64,000 bases of DNA from an uncultured Methylococcales bacterium (lineage in GTDB: Bacteria > Pseudomonadota > Gammaproteobacteria > Methylococcales > Methylothermaceae). The DNA is taken from NCBI GenBank assembly GCA_964546735.1, contig CAZJKH010000001.1:25473-89472 (forward strand). The letters run 5' to 3'. Under the pieces are notes generated by a model, which saw nothing but the letters and a program-made list of their open reading frames with translations, searched no databases and was not told the origin of the DNA. Of the stretch, positions 40,620 through 53,098 are shown piece after piece (the stretch's first letter is position 1; every line of letters starts with the position of its first letter). Position numbers and translations under genes: made by a program.

Positions 40620-41196
40620 CCGAAGGCAGGGCCTGTGTGCGGGGGTCGATGAAGTCGGGCGGGGGTGTCTGGTCGGTGCGGTCATCGCCGCCGCAGTGAT
40701 CTTAGATCCCCGTCAGCCGATCAGCGGCTTGGCTGACTCCAAGCAGCTGACGCCAAAGCAATGCGCGCGGCTAGATTTGGAAATCCGCGCTAAGGCGCTA
40801 GCGTTTTCATTGGGACGGGCAGAGCCGTCTGAAATCGACCGCCGAGGCATTCTAAACGCTTCGTTGCTTGCGATGCAGCGCGCGGTGGCTGGGCTTTCCA
40901 TACCGCCGGATAGGGTGTTAGTAGATGGGGATCAGGCGCCGATCCTCCCTTGGCCGACTGAGGTCATCATCGGCGGCGACGCCAGTGAGCCTGCGATCGC
41001 TGCCGCTTCTATCCTGGCGAAAGTGGCCAGAGATCGGGAAATGGCGCTTCTGGATGGGTTTGCGCCCGGCTATGGCATCGCTGTCCACAAAGGCTATCCA
41101 ACCCGTGATCATAGAGAGCGCCTTAAGATCTTGGGAGGGTCTGGTTGGCACCGATTTTCTTTCCGCCCAGTCAAGGCAGTCTCTAGTTCCCGATGA
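40612..41196 (+). CDS. rnhB: Ribonuclease HII
   Basis: [12 protein letters not shown] and DSKQL motifs. The ATG at 40612 overlaps the fabZ stop (ATGCTTGA). Confidence 0.9.
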   Translation: MLDRRQGLCAGVDEVGRGCLVGAVIAAAVILDPRQPISGLADSKQLTPKQCARLDLEIRAKALAFSLGRAEPSEIDRRGILNASLLAMQRAVAGLSIPPDRVLVDGDQAPILPWPTEVIIGGDASEPAIAAASILAKVARDREMALLDGFAPGYGIAVHKGYPTRDHRERLKILGGSGWHRFSFRPVKAVSSSR

Positions 41197-44100
41197 GTGT
41201 TGATTTTGTTCATCTGCGCCTTCACAGCGAGTACTCCTTAAGCGACGGACTGGTTCGGATCAAGCCTTTGATCGCCCGCTGCCGAGAACTTGGGTTTCCG
41301 GCAGTGGCCTTGACCGACCAAGTCAATCTATTTGCGCTGATCAAATTCTACCGAGCAGCGATCAGCGGCGGCATCAAACCGATCGTCGGCGCAGACCTTT
41401 GGGTGGTGAACCCGGACAATCCAAAGCTGCCTGATCGGCTCACCCTACTGGTCCAGAACTTGACTGGTTATCGCCATCTGACCGTGCTCCTCTCGCGCGC
41501 TTACTTGGAAGGTCAGCGCCTGTTTGGCCAGCCCTGGGTTAAAGCAGAGTGGATCCAGGCTCAGGCAGAGGGTTTGATCGCGTTATCCGGTGCCCACGAG
41601 GGCGAGATTGGCCGATGGCTTCTTGCAGATCAACCCAATGCTGCTCGAGCTGCGCTCGCAAGCTGGCTGGACTGGTTTGAGGATCGGTTTTTTTTGGAGC
41701 TACAGCGCACTGGTCGTCCGGAGGAGGAAAAATACCTTAGCGGCGCGTTGGAGTTGGCGTCTGCTTTGGACGTGCCGGTGGTAGCGACCAACGACGTGCG
41801 GTTTTTGTATCCACAGGATTTCGAGGCTCACGAAGCTAGGGTCTGCATCCACGAAGGCTGGACGTTAGACGACCCTAAACGCCCTCGCCGTTACAGCGAC
41901 CAGCAGTATTTAAAAAGCCCAGAAGAGATGCGCGCGCTGTTTGCCGACCTACCGGAGGCGCTGGCCAATACGGTAGAGATCGCCAAACGCTGTAATTTGA
42001 TTTTGGAGCTTAATCGACCGCACTTGCCTGTGTTTCCGGTGCCAGAAGGTCTAACTTTAGAGCAGTATCTGATCCAGAAGGCAAAACAAGGACTTGAGGC
42101 GAGAATCGAAGCCGGCGATATTCCCAGGGAGAAACAGGCCAGCTATGTAGAGCGCCTGGAGCGCGAGCTGGAGGTGATCGTGAAGATGGGGTTTGCTGGC
42201 TATTTTTTAATCGTCGCCGACTTCATTCAGTGGGCCAAACAAAGTCGGATTCCGGTCGGGCCAGGTCGCGGTTCCGGCGCAGGCTCTTTAGTGGCGTATG
42301 CGCTGTTTATTACTGACTTGGATCCGCTTGCGTTCGATCTTTTGTTTGAACGCTTCCTCAATCCTGAGCGGGTGTCGATGCCTGACTTCGATGTAGACTT
42401 CTGCATGGAGCAGCGCGATGCGGTGATCGAATACGTAACGTGCAAATATGGCCGCGATAAAGTCGCTCAGATCATTACCTTTGGCACGATGGCTGCCAAA
42501 GCTGTCGTGAGGGACGTGGGGAGGGTATTGGGATACCCGTATGGGTTTGTAGATAAGTTGGCAAAGCTGATCCCGTTTGCGCCAGGGATGACGTTGGAGA
42601 AAGCGCTCTCGGAAAGCGAGGATTTGCGGCGCGCTTATGAACAGGAGGAAGAGGTTCAGACCCTCATCGATTTGGCCCGCGCGCTCGAGGGGATCGCGCG
42701 CAATGCCGGTAAGCATGCCGGTGGCCTGGTCATCGCCCCATCGGCTTTAGTGGATTTTACCCCGCTCTATTGCGAGTCAGGCGAGGAAGGGGTAGTCACG
42801 CAGTTCGACAAGGAGGACGTCGAGGCTGTAGGTTTGGTCAAGTTTGATTTTTTGGGTCTGCGTACCTTGACCATCATCGACTGGGCGGTGGAGACTATCA
42901 ACCGTCGCCTGGTCGCGGAAGGCGATCAACCCATCGATATCCATCGCATCCCGCGCGACGATCCGTTAACGTTTCAGCTCCTGCAAAGCTGCCGGACGAC
43001 TGCCGTGTTTCAATTAGAATCGCGCGGGATGAAGGATTTGATCCGCCGCCTGAAGCCAGACTGTTTCGACGACATCGTCGCCCTGGTAGCGTTGTTCCGA
43101 CCAGGTCCATTGCAGTCTGGCATGGTAGATGACTACATCAATGTCAAACACGGTCGCACCCAGGCGAGTTTCCCGCATCCTTTACTCGAACCGATCTTAA
43201 GACCCACCAACGGGGTCATCCTGTATCAGGAACAGGTGATGAGGATCGCCCAGGATCTAGCCGGGTATACCTTAGGCAGCGCTGACCTGTTGCGGCGGGC
43301 GATGGGGAAAAAGAAACCCGAGGAGATGGCCAAACAGCGCGCAGTGTTCGTCCAAGGAGCAAAAAGCCGAGGAGTGCCTGAAGAAACAGCCCACTATATC
43401 TTCGACTTGATGGAAAAGTTTGCCGGCTACGGATTCAACAAGTCGCACAGCGCTGCCTATGCTTGGGTGTCCTATCAAACGGCATGGCTCAAGGCGCACT
43501 ATCCAGCCGCTTTCATGGCGGCGGTTCTGTCAGCCGACATGGATCATACGGACAAACTCGTCGGCATGGTAGACGAGTGCCGTGCCCTTGGGCTTGAGCT
43601 TCTACCGCCTACGGTGCAGCGTTCTGACTATCGTTTTACGGTGCTCGATAGCCAGCGGATCTTATATGGCCTAGGAGCGGTCAAGGGGGTAGGTCGGGCA
43701 GCGATCGAAGCCATCCTTGAAGCCCGCGATCGGGGAGGTCCGTTCAAGGATTTGTTCGACCTTTGCCGCCGGATCGATCTGCACCGGGTCGGTCGCCGCG
43801 CTTTGGAGGCGCTGATCCGGGCTGGCGCCATGGATGAACTGGGCAGCCATCGGGCTAAACTGTTGGCGGATCTTCCGGTGGCTTTACAGGCTGCCGAGCA
43901 GCACCGTCGCGTGATCATGCAAGGTCTAGGGGATCTGTTTGGAGAAGATGCTTTAGGGACACAGGCGACTGCAGGGAGCCCCGCTGCGGTTGAGGTTCCG
44001 CCTTGGTCGGAAAGGGAGCGGCTGCAGGAAGAAAAAGCGGTGCTTGGGTTTTATCTCAGCGGGCATCCGCTTGCCGAATACCGGGAAGAGTTGGCGCGCT

Positions 44101-44657
44101 TTATCACCGCACCGCTCGGCGAGCTTGCGCGTAGATTTAGGGAGTTCCAGAATCAAAGCGTGGTAGTGGCTGGCTGGGTCATGGAGCTTCGCACCCGCCG
44201 CAATAAGCAGGGCAAGAAAATGGCTTTTGCGGTGTTGGACGACGGCAGTGGGTGGATGGAAGTGGCTGCGTTTGCAGAAGTTTTAGAGCCATTTGGGACC
44301 TTGAGTCAGGATCAGCTGCTGGTGGCGCAGGGAAGCTTGACGCAGGATGAGTACAGTGGCAATTTGCGGCTGGTGGCGGAGAAACTGTTGACTTTAGTAG
44401 AGGCGCGGGAGCAGTTTGCTAAAGGGTTGTGGATAAAATGGCCGGCGCAACACCGCCCGATCGAGCTCAGCGGGATGGCAGAGTTACTGGGTAAGCATCG
44501 GGGGGGAAGGTGTCCGGTATATATCGAGTATCAAAGCAGGCAAGCTGTGCTTGAGCTTAAGCTGGGAGAGTCCTGGCAGATTCGCCCAGAGGATGAATTG
44601 CTCGCCGGGCTTGCAAGGTGCTTCGGCCCCCAGCAGGTCAGGCTTCGCTACGACTGA
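41193..44657 (+). CDS. dnaE: DNA polymerase III alpha subunit
   Basis: 1154 aa with a PHP domain ([11 protein letters not shown]), the polymerase core ([19 protein letters not shown]) and an OB fold. Confidence 0.95.
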   Translation: MSVDFVHLRLHSEYSLSDGLVRIKPLIARCRELGFPAVALTDQVNLFALIKFYRAAISGGIKPIVGADLWVVNPDNPKLPDRLTLLVQNLTGYRHLTVLLSRAYLEGQRLFGQPWVKAEWIQAQAEGLIALSGAHEGEIGRWLLADQPNAARAALASWLDWFEDRFFLELQRTGRPEEEKYLSGALELASALDVPVVATNDVRFLYPQDFEAHEARVCIHEGWTLDDPKRPRRYSDQQYLKSPEEMRALFADLPEALANTVEIAKRCNLILELNRPHLPVFPVPEGLTLEQYLIQKAKQGLEARIEAGDIPREKQASYVERLERELEVIVKMGFAGYFLIVADFIQWAKQSRIPVGPGRGSGAGSLVAYALFITDLDPLAFDLLFERFLNPERVSMPDFDVDFCMEQRDAVIEYVTCKYGRDKVAQIITFGTMAAKAVVRDVGRVLGYPYGFVDKLAKLIPFAPGMTLEKALSESEDLRRAYEQEEEVQTLIDLARALEGIARNAGKHAGGLVIAPSALVDFTPLYCESGEEGVVTQFDKEDVEAVGLVKFDFLGLRTLTIIDWAVETINRRLVAEGDQPIDIHRIPRDDPLTFQLLQSCRTTAVFQLESRGMKDLIRRLKPDCFDDIVALVALFRPGPLQSGMVDDYINVKHGRTQASFPHPLLEPILRPTNGVILYQEQVMRIAQDLAGYTLGSADLLRRAMGKKKPEEMAKQRAVFVQGAKSRGVPEETAHYIFDLMEKFAGYGFNKSHSAAYAWVSYQTAWLKAHYPAAFMAAVLSADMDHTDKLVGMVDECRALGLELLPPTVQRSDYRFTVLDSQRILYGLGAVKGVGRAAIEAILEARDRGGPFKDLFDLCRRIDLHRVGRRALEALIRAGAMDELGSHRAKLLADLPVALQAAEQHRRVIMQGLGDLFGEDALGTQATAGSPAAVEVPPWSERERLQEEKAVLGFYLSGHPLAEYREELARFITAPLGELARRFREFQNQSVVVAGWVMELRTRRNKQGKKMAFAVLDDGSGWMEVAAFAEVLEPFGTLSQDQLLVAQGSLTQDEYSGNLRLVAEKLLTLVEAREQFAKGLWIKWPAQHRPIELSGMAELLGKHRGGRCPVYIEYQSRQAVLELKLGESWQIRPEDELLAGLARCFGPQQVRLRYD

Positions 44658-44683
44658 CTTAAGTTGAGATAAAAGGAAAAAGC

Positions 44684-45613
44684 ATGAAATCGCTTTTGAA
44701 GATTCAGCAACAGGTGGTTGCCTGGGGCAGGCGTTTGCAAACTTGGCCCTGGTATCGGCGTTTCCGCGCCTTTCCTGCCAAGCAGCAGCTCGGTATCGCT
44801 GCGCTTTGTCTATTTATTTCCCAGGTAGCGGTGTTTGGCGGGCTGTGGCTCTTTGGGGCTACGGTCGTGGTAGGCTTTTTTGCCAGCGTGTTGGCTGGGC
44901 TTGCGACGGTGCTCGGGGCGTTGCCGGCTGTCTTGTTTAAAACCATTTCCTTGCGTGCGATCAATTTCATGATGGGGGCCGCAGCTGGCATTATGCTTGC
45001 AGCGACTGCCTACTCGCTGGTCGAACCAGGCGTTGAATATGGCAATCTCTTGTGGCCAGGTTGGGGGGTCTATGTCGTCGTGGTCGGCATTTTGCTTGGG
45101 GCTTGGTTTTTGGACTGGGCTGAGCGCACGATTCCGCACGATCTGTTCGCAGGCGATGCGAATCTTGCGGCCTCGCGCAAGGTGTGGATTTTTGTGGCTG
45201 CAATTACGCTGCACAATTTTCCTGAAGGGTTGTCGGTGGGGGTGAGTTTCGGCAGTGGAGATTGGGCTAATGGGACCTTGCTCGCAATCGCCATCGGGGC
45301 GCAGAACGTCCCAGAAGGGCTGGCGGTCGCGCTGCCTTTGCTCGGGATCGGCTATCCCCCCTGGAAGGCGGTCGGGATCGGGTTGCTCTCTGGGCTGGTA
45401 GAGCCGATCGGCGGCTTGCTGGGAGTGACCATGGTAACGGTATTTCAAGCGCTGTTGCCGCTAGCGATGGGGTTTGCTGCCGGAGCGATGCTGTACGTGA
45501 TCGCCTATGAGATCATCCCGGAATTTCATTCCAAGCAGCGCTCGCGCCTGGCGGTATTTGGGGTGCTGGTCGGGTTTGCGGCGATGGTCATCCTCGAGAC
45601 CAGTTTAGGGTGA
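44684..45613 (+). CDS. ZIP-family divalent metal transporter
   Basis: Polytopic, with paired HNFPEGLSVG and QNVPEGLAVA motifs characteristic of ZIP/GufA transporters. The N-terminal start is uncertain. Confidence 0.8.
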   Translation: MKSLLKIQQQVVAWGRRLQTWPWYRRFRAFPAKQQLGIAALCLFISQVAVFGGLWLFGATVVVGFFASVLAGLATVLGALPAVLFKTISLRAINFMMGAAAGIMLAATAYSLVEPGVEYGNLLWPGWGVYVVVVGILLGAWFLDWAERTIPHDLFAGDANLAASRKVWIFVAAITLHNFPEGLSVGVSFGSGDWANGTLLAIAIGAQNVPEGLAVALPLLGIGYPPWKAVGIGLLSGLVEPIGGLLGVTMVTVFQALLPLAMGFAAGAMLYVIAYEIIPEFHSKQRSRLAVFGVLVGFAAMVILETSLG

Positions 45614-45617
45614 GGCG

Positions 45618-45983
45618 ATGCTAGAAGGGGGTGCTCATTGGGTAGCGCAAGTGTCGCCCTGGCGACTTTGGAGTCCGGGCGAGTGGTTGGGGATGGTCAC
45701 TAGCCTGGCGGTGATTGCCGCAGCCGAATTGGGCGACAAGACCCAGCTTGCGGTCGCAGGGTTAAGCACTACCTTATCGCCTGTCGCCGTTTGGATCGGC
45801 GCCACTTTAGGGTTGGGCGGGGTTTCAGCGTTGGGCGTCATCCTTGGGCGAACCTTGTTCAGGCGCCTCTCAATTCAGCTCCTCCACCGGATCAGCGGGG
45901 GATTGTTCCTAGCGCTGGCCGGGGTGGCGCTGGCCGGCATCGACTGGCCGGGGCTTTGGCGTCGGCTTGCTCCCTGTCTGTGA
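45618..45983 (+). CDS. UPF0016 (GDT1/TMEM165/MneA) single-repeat cation transporter subunit
   Basis: A single E-x-G-D-K-T motif (AAELGDKTQLAV) followed by 3 TM helices. An alternative start is the ATG at 45693. Confidence 0.65.
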   Translation: MLEGGAHWVAQVSPWRLWSPGEWLGMVTSLAVIAAAELGDKTQLAVAGLSTTLSPVAVWIGATLGLGGVSALGVILGRTLFRRLSIQLLHRISGGLFLALAGVALAGIDWPGLWRRLAPCL

Positions 45984-45984
45984 G

Positions 45985-46536
45985 CTAAAAGCCAACCGGC
46001 CTTCCGCTTTCCTTGAAGAAAATTACCCCCAGCAAAAGGTCGGCGACTGCTCCTAAAATCACCCCCAGCGCGATCAATCGGATAGAGACAAAGCTTGCTC
46101 CAGCGGCGGCGATCAACCAGGCGTAGGGCCTTTGGAAGGAAAGCGTAGCAGGCAGCCTAAGGAGCTGGAAGGCCAGCGCGAGCCAGGCCAGACCGACAGC
46201 CACCCCAGTGCCACCAAACACCCAGTTTAGAGCGGTGGGTCCAAGGCCTAACAGCGGTAGCAGGGTCAACCCCACGCCTAACCCGTTTAAGCCGATCAAA
46301 GCCAGGATGGGGAGATCTGCTTCGTGGAGGTGGTAGCGCTCGTTGAGCAGGCGCTTTAAGATAGTCAACAGGAAAGCCAACAAGGCGAAATTGATCAGCG
46401 CTAGCAAGGTGGCGATCAGGGATGTACCGATCTCCGGTCGGGAAGTGATTTCGCTGAGAAAAGAGATAAAGAACCGGCTCAAGATGGCATGGATGAAAGC
46501 GGCTCCTGCAGCTAGGATAAGACGATCGCTGGACAT
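45985..46536 (-). CDS. Hypothetical polytopic membrane protein
   Basis: About 6 predicted TM helices and no motif I recognise. Start placed at the ATG at 46536, preceded by a GAGGAGG Shine-Dalgarno; the ORF extends to 46596. It is divergent from the N-ATPase operon. Confidence 0.45.
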   Translation of the reverse strand: MSSDRLILAAGAAFIHAILSRFFISFLSEITSRPEIGTSLIATLLALINFALLAFLLTILKRLLNERYHLHEADLPILALIGLNGLGVGLTLLPLLGLGPTALNWVFGGTGVAVGLAWLALAFQLLRLPATLSFQRPYAWLIAAAGASFVSIRLIALGVILGAVADLLLGVIFFKESGRPVGF

Positions 46537-46558
46537 GGCTCCTCCTCGGTTGGAATTC

Positions 46559-48402
<1,844 letters not shown>

Positions 48403-48406
<4 letters not shown>

Positions 48407-48723
48407 GCGCAGAGACCGAGGATCCGCCCTCTGAAGCTAAGAAGGCGAAATTGGTCGAAGCGGTGGATAAAAAAGCCCGCCGCCGCCTGGAGGCACAAGC
48501 TAGGCCCCACCGTAGCCTTTGGTTTGGTTTGGGAATGTTCGGTCTGGTAGGATGGGCGGTGGCGGTACCCACCCTGCTCGGCATCGCTGTCGGTTGGTGG
48601 TTGGATCGCAGATTCCCAGGGACGGTTTCTTGGACTTTGACGTGCCTATTTTTGGGCGTAGCGTTGGGATGCTATCAAGCCTTACAATGGATCCGACGCG
48701 AAGGCCTAAATGACCGTCGCTGA
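48403..48723 (+). CDS. atpQ: N-ATPase accessory membrane protein AtpQ (AtpZ/AtpI-like)
   Basis: 106 aa with a basic N-terminus followed by 2 TM helices (WFGLGMFGLVGW...), in the position between atpC and atpR. Confidence 0.65.
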
Positions 48724-48994
48724 AGGGCTGGTCTTAGCATGGGTATTCGCTGCCGGGATGGGGCTTGGGGCGTTTTTCTACGGCGGCCTATGGTGGACAG
48801 TCAAGCGCCTTCCTGCGGTCCGCCATCCGGGCGCATGGATGCTGGGAAGTTTCCTCCTGCGTGCCGGGGTGATCCTGGTAGGACTGAATTTCCTCATGGC
48901 CGGGGATCTTGGCCGGTTAGCGCTGGCGGTGGGGGGGATGTTGGTGGCGCGAGGGCTGTTAGTCAGCAGTTTGGGGAGGCGAGATGGAGTTTAA
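48710..48994 (+). CDS. atpR: N-ATPase accessory membrane protein AtpR
   Basis: 94 aa with 3 TM helices and a conserved intramembrane Arg context (GGLWWTVKRL), directly before the a-subunit gene. Confidence 0.65.
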   Translation: MTVAEGLVLAWVFAAGMGLGAFFYGGLWWTVKRLPAVRHPGAWMLGSFLLRAGVILVGLNFLMAGDLGRLALAVGGMLVARGLLVSSLGRRDGV

Positions 48995-49706
48995 TCCGGA
49001 TCAAATCATCTACTTTCAGTATGGGGAAGTAAAGCTCAATGCCACCTTGGTATTCACCTTAGGGATCATGCTGCTGCTCTTTGGGATGGTATGGTTTGTG
49101 ACTCGCCGGCTGAAACCGGAGCTTGTGCCTGGACCTTGGCAGAATTTCCTGGAAGCCTTAATCGAGCTCATCGGTAGCCAGATCCGCGAAGTGACTCACC
49201 AGGACCCTAAGCGGCATCTTTCGTTTGTCGGCACGTTGTTTCTATTTATCGCCCTCTCTAACCTGTTGGCCGTCGTGCCTGGCTTCCAGCCGCCAACTGC
49301 CTCGTTGTCCACGACTGCGGCGTTGGCGATCTGCGTGTTTATCGCCGTCCCCTGGTATGGGATCCAAGCTGTAGGCCTCAAAGCTTATCTGCGCCAATAT
49401 CTCAAGCCTACGCCTTGGATGCTGCTGTTTAATGTCATCGGTGAGTTTTCCCGTACCCTGGCCATGGCGGTGCGCCTGTACGGCAATCTCCTGAGCGGAG
49501 CAGTGATCGGCGCGGTACTGATCACGCTTGTGCCGCTGTTTTTCCCGGTGCTGATGCAGCTTCTTGGAGTATTGACCGGTTTTATTCAAGCTTACATCTT
49601 TGCCGTATTGGCGTTGGTGTATATCGCCTCCGCCAGCGCGGTCCAAGAACAGCAGTTCAAACCACCGCTCGATTTGGAGGACAAGCCATGCCGCAAGAAG
49701 CTTTGA
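48984..49706 (+). CDS. atpB: N-type ATPase a subunit
   Basis: 240 aa, polytopic, with the essential Arg motif (AVRLYGNLLSG). Confidence 0.85.
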   Translation: MEFNPDQIIYFQYGEVKLNATLVFTLGIMLLLFGMVWFVTRRLKPELVPGPWQNFLEALIELIGSQIREVTHQDPKRHLSFVGTLFLFIALSNLLAVVPGFQPPTASLSTTAALAICVFIAVPWYGIQAVGLKAYLRQYLKPTPWMLLFNVIGEFSRTLAMAVRLYGNLLSGAVIGAVLITLVPLFFPVLMQLLGVLTGFIQAYIFAVLALVYIASASAVQEQQFKPPLDLEDKPCRKKL

Positions 49707-49966
49707 TCGCTGCGGTCTCGATCTTGACCGCAGGCATCACGACTGCGATCGGTTCGATCGGTCCGGCGTTGGGGGAGGGCAGGGCGGTTGCCCAGGCGCT
49801 TGCAGCGATCGCGCAGCAGCCGGATGAAGCCCGCACCATCACCCGCACTTTGTTCGTGGGGCTGGCAATGGTCGAGTCTACCGCCATCTATTGTTTTGTC
49901 ATCAGCATGATCTTGCTGTTTGCCAATCCTTACTGGGAGTACTTCGCAAGCCACGGAGGGCAGTAG
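49688..49966 (+). CDS. atpE: N-type ATPase c subunit
   Basis: 92 aa hairpin with an RQP-like loop (AQQPDEA), helix-2 VESTAIY and helix-1 GPALGEG. Confidence 0.85.
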   Translation: MPQEALIAAVSILTAGITTAIGSIGPALGEGRAVAQALAAIAQQPDEARTITRTLFVGLAMVESTAIYCFVISMILLFANPYWEYFASHGGQ

Positions 49967-50709
49967 TGATCGATTGGTTCACTGTCGCTGCCCAGATCGT
50001 CAATTTCCTCATCCTGCTTACGCTCCTGAAGCGCTTTCTCTACCATCCTATCCTCGCCCATATGGAAGCGCGGCGGCACCATATCGAGAGCGCTTTAAGC
50101 GAAGCTAGGCAGATTCATGCCAAAGCTGAGCGCTTGATCGCCGCTTACCAGGAGAAGCTAGCTGCCTTGGAGGCCCAGCGTGCTAAACTGCTTGAGGAGG
50201 CTCGCCAAGCAGCTCAAAGCGAGCGCCAAGCGCTGCTCGAACAAGCCCGCCTGGAGGTCGAGGAAAGGCGTCGCCAATGGCGGCAAGCGCTGGAAGCTGA
50301 GCAGGCGGCTTGGCTGCGCGAGCTCAAGGTACTGGTGGCAGAACAGGTCGTAGAGATCGCGCGCAAAGCCCTGCAAGACCTGGCTGGGCAGGAACTGGAA
50401 GAGCACCAGATCGCCGCCTTCCTGCACCGGTTGGCCACCTTGCCTGACGAGCAGCGGCGCCTTCTGGTAGAGAGCGAGGACGATTGGATCGTGGCCACCA
50501 GCTTTGCACTTGCGTCGGAAAGGCGTGCCCAGATCCAGGCAGCGCTGAAGCAGATAAACCCAAAGGTCACTGTCCGCTTCGAGCAGCGTCAAGAGTTGAT
50601 CTGTGGTCTGGCGTTAGAGGCTGGCGGCCGCGTCTGGCGTTGGCATCTGGCGGCCTGGCTGGATGAGCTGGAGGCTAGGTTACAACAAGCATGGCTTCCA
50701 GTGGCCTGA
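49966..50709 (+). CDS. atpF: N-type ATPase b subunit (long form with a C-terminal extension)
   Basis: The GTG at 49966 overlaps the atpE stop (TAGTG). It has an N-terminal TM ([17 protein letters not shown]), an Ala/Glu/Arg/Gln coiled coil, and an extra ~100-aa C-terminal domain. The listed ORF start at 49891 lies inside atpE. Confidence 0.7.
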   Translation: MIDWFTVAAQIVNFLILLTLLKRFLYHPILAHMEARRHHIESALSEARQIHAKAERLIAAYQEKLAALEAQRAKLLEEARQAAQSERQALLEQARLEVEERRRQWRQALEAEQAAWLRELKVLVAEQVVEIARKALQDLAGQELEEHQIAAFLHRLATLPDEQRRLLVESEDDWIVATSFALASERRAQIQAALKQINPKVTVRFEQRQELICGLALEAGGRVWRWHLAAWLDELEARLQQAWLPVA

Positions 50710-52199
50710 TGGCGTCTTTCGCGCCGGTGCAAGAGATCGCGGCGTGGCTGCGCCAGACGCTAGCTGCTTACCGGTTTGAACTGGCGCCGTTGGAGGTTGG
50801 GCAGGTCGTGCAGATCGAGCGGGATGTGATTCATCTACGCGGGCTACCTGGGGTCAAGGCGATGGAGGTGTTGCGGTTCGAAGGCGGTTTGGCTCTTGCG
50901 GTCGATTTGGCGCCGGAAGGGGTAGGTGCGGTGCTGTTAGATCCGGCGCAGAACCTTGTTGCCGGCAGGCAAGTCCTGCGCACCGGTCGGGTATTAGACA
51001 CGCCGGTAGGAGAGGCGCTGCTGGGACGGGTGATCGATCCTTTAGGCAGACCGTTGGATGGCCAAGGTCCTATCCGTGCTGCTGAGCGCTGGCCGGTGGA
51101 ACGGGAAGCGCCGGCGATCCTCGACCGCGCGCCGGTGGAAGTGCCGCTTCAGACGGGCATTAAAGTCATCGATGCCCTCATCCCGATCGGCCGCGGTCAG
51201 CGCGAGCTGATCCTGGGAGATCGCCAGACCGGCAAGACCACTTTAGCAGTCGATACTATCCTCAATCAGCACGACCAAGGCGTCATCTGCATCTATTGCG
51301 CTATCGGCCAGCGTGCCCAAGCGGTAGCGCGGGTGATCGCTAGGCTTGCAGAGCGAAACGCCTTGCGATGCTGCGTCGTCGTGAGCGCCACCTGCGATTG
51401 CCCAGCCGGGCTTCAGTTCATCGCCCCTTATGCCGCTACCAGCATCGGCGAATGGTTTATGGCCAAAGGTCGCGACGTGCTGGTGGTCTACGACGATCTA
51501 ACCCATCACGCCGATGCCTACCGCGAGCTTTCCTTGCTCTTGCGTCGCCCACCTGGGCGAGAGGCCTATCCTGGGGACGTGTTCTATCTCCATGCTCGCC
51601 TGTTGGAACGGGCCTGCCGGTTGAAGCGCGGCGGAAGCCTCACCGCGCTTCCTATCGCTGAGACCCAAGCGCAGAACTTGACCGCTTATATTCCTACCAA
51701 TCTGATTTCGATCACCGACGGCCAGCTTTACCTCTCGCCGATCCTGTTTCAGCGCGGTGAGCTGCCGGCGGTGGAAGTGGGTAAATCGGTCTCGCGCGTC
51801 GGAGGCAGGGCACAGATCCCAGCTTATCGGGACATCGTTGGCCCCCTGAAGTTAGCTTACGCCCAATACGAGGAATTGGAAATCTTCGCTCGCTTTGGCA
51901 CCCGTTTGGATGAGCGTACCCGCGCGGCGATCGAGCGCGGGCGCAGGGTGCGCGAGATCCTCAAGCAAGAGGAGGGCGACCTTTGGACCCCGGTTGAACA
52001 AGTGGCGGTGCTGCTAGCGCTCAATGCCGGGCTATTCGATGCCGTGCCGTTGGATCAGATCCAAGCGGCTGAGCTTCGCTTGCGCGAAGCGCTCAAAAAA
52101 GCCTTGGACGACCAGCGGAAAGCAGCGGTGAGCCTGCGCGAAGAGGACAAGCAAGCCATGTTGGAAGTAGCTAGGCGAGCGCTTGCGGGGGAGCAATAG
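50691..52199 (+). CDS. atpA: N-type ATPase alpha subunit
   Basis: 502 aa with Walker A GDRQTGKT, a YDDL..H Walker B region and [20 protein letters not shown]. Confidence 0.9.
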   Translation: MASSGLMASFAPVQEIAAWLRQTLAAYRFELAPLEVGQVVQIERDVIHLRGLPGVKAMEVLRFEGGLALAVDLAPEGVGAVLLDPAQNLVAGRQVLRTGRVLDTPVGEALLGRVIDPLGRPLDGQGPIRAAERWPVEREAPAILDRAPVEVPLQTGIKVIDALIPIGRGQRELILGDRQTGKTTLAVDTILNQHDQGVICIYCAIGQRAQAVARVIARLAERNALRCCVVVSATCDCPAGLQFIAPYAATSIGEWFMAKGRDVLVVYDDLTHHADAYRELSLLLRRPPGREAYPGDVFYLHARLLERACRLKRGGSLTALPIAETQAQNLTAYIPTNLISITDGQLYLSPILFQRGELPAVEVGKSVSRVGGRAQIPAYRDIVGPLKLAYAQYEELEIFARFGTRLDERTRAAIERGRRVREILKQEEGDLWTPVEQVAVLLALNAGLFDAVPLDQIQAAELRLREALKKALDDQRKAAVSLREEDKQAMLEVARRALAGEQ

Positions 52200-53066
52200 A
52201 TGCCAACCTTGGAAGCTCTGGAACGAGCGATCGCTACCAGCCGCAAACTGAAGGAGATCGTCCGGACCATGAAAGTGCTTGCGGCGACGAGTCTCCGCCA
52301 ATATACCCAGGTGGTCGCGGCAGTGGCCGATTATGGCCGAACGATAGAGCTTGGTCTGAAGGCGGTGCTCAGAGACGGCTTTCCTACCATGGCCTATCGG
52401 GATGGCGGGCGGGCGGCAATTGTGTTTGGTTCCGATCACGGCCTGTGCGGGCGTTTCAACAAGGCGGTGTTGGACTTTGCCGGCGAGCGGATCGGCGGTC
52501 GTCAAGTCCGCCTGTTGGCAGTCGGCGCACGGATCGATCTAGGATTTCAGGCACGCGGCCTTCGTGCCGAGGAGAGTTTTTTTTCCCCGGGATCGGTGGC
52601 TGGGATGACTTCTACCGTTCGGAAGATCCTGGAAAAGGTCGAGGATTGGCGGAGCGAAGGGGTAGAAATCGTTGATCTGTTTCACCACCGCTACTGCGAA
52701 CGCAGCCATTCCCAGTACCAGCTAGTTGAGCAGCGTCTGTTACCGCCTCTTGACCATTTTTCCCGCCTGGCGCGCGAGGTTTGGCCTGGGCGTTCTTTGC
52801 CTACTTTTACCATGGAGGCAGACGCTCTTTTAGCTGCGCTGCTGCGCCAATATCTGTTCATCGGTCTGTATCGAGCCTTAGCGGAATCGCAGGCGGCTGA
52901 ACATAGCCAGCGTCTGGTCACGATGCAGCTGGCGGAGAAAAATATCGGCGAGCGTTCGGAAGAACTGACTGTGACTTATCAGCAGCTGCGCCAAGAACAG
53001 ATCACCGCCGAACTCCTAGAGGTGGTCTCCGGTTTCGAGGCGGTGCGGTCTGAAGAAGGGCGTTAA
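52200..53066 (+). CDS. atpG: N-type ATPase gamma subunit
   Basis: 288 aa with an N-terminus (I.S....IV.TMK..A) and a C-terminus (QQLRQEQITAELLEVVSG) typical of gamma subunits. Confidence 0.85.
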   Translation: MPTLEALERAIATSRKLKEIVRTMKVLAATSLRQYTQVVAAVADYGRTIELGLKAVLRDGFPTMAYRDGGRAAIVFGSDHGLCGRFNKAVLDFAGERIGGRQVRLLAVGARIDLGFQARGLRAEESFFSPGSVAGMTSTVRKILEKVEDWRSEGVEIVDLFHHRYCERSHSQYQLVEQRLLPPLDHFSRLAREVWPGRSLPTFTMEADALLAALLRQYLFIGLYRALAESQAAEHSQRLVTMQLAEKNIGERSEELTVTYQQLRQEQITAELLEVVSGFEAVRSEEGR

Positions 53067-53098
53067 ATCGATCCTCGCTCGGGTTTTCTAAGCAGCAG

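Noticed and set aside
44810-45448. 212-aa minus-strand ORF inside the ZIP transporter gene, plus several other overlapping ORFs at 44704-45294
   Set aside because: These are shadow frames of a GC-rich membrane-protein gene. The translations are Arg/Pro/Gln-rich and low-complexity, and I see no Shine-Dalgarno.
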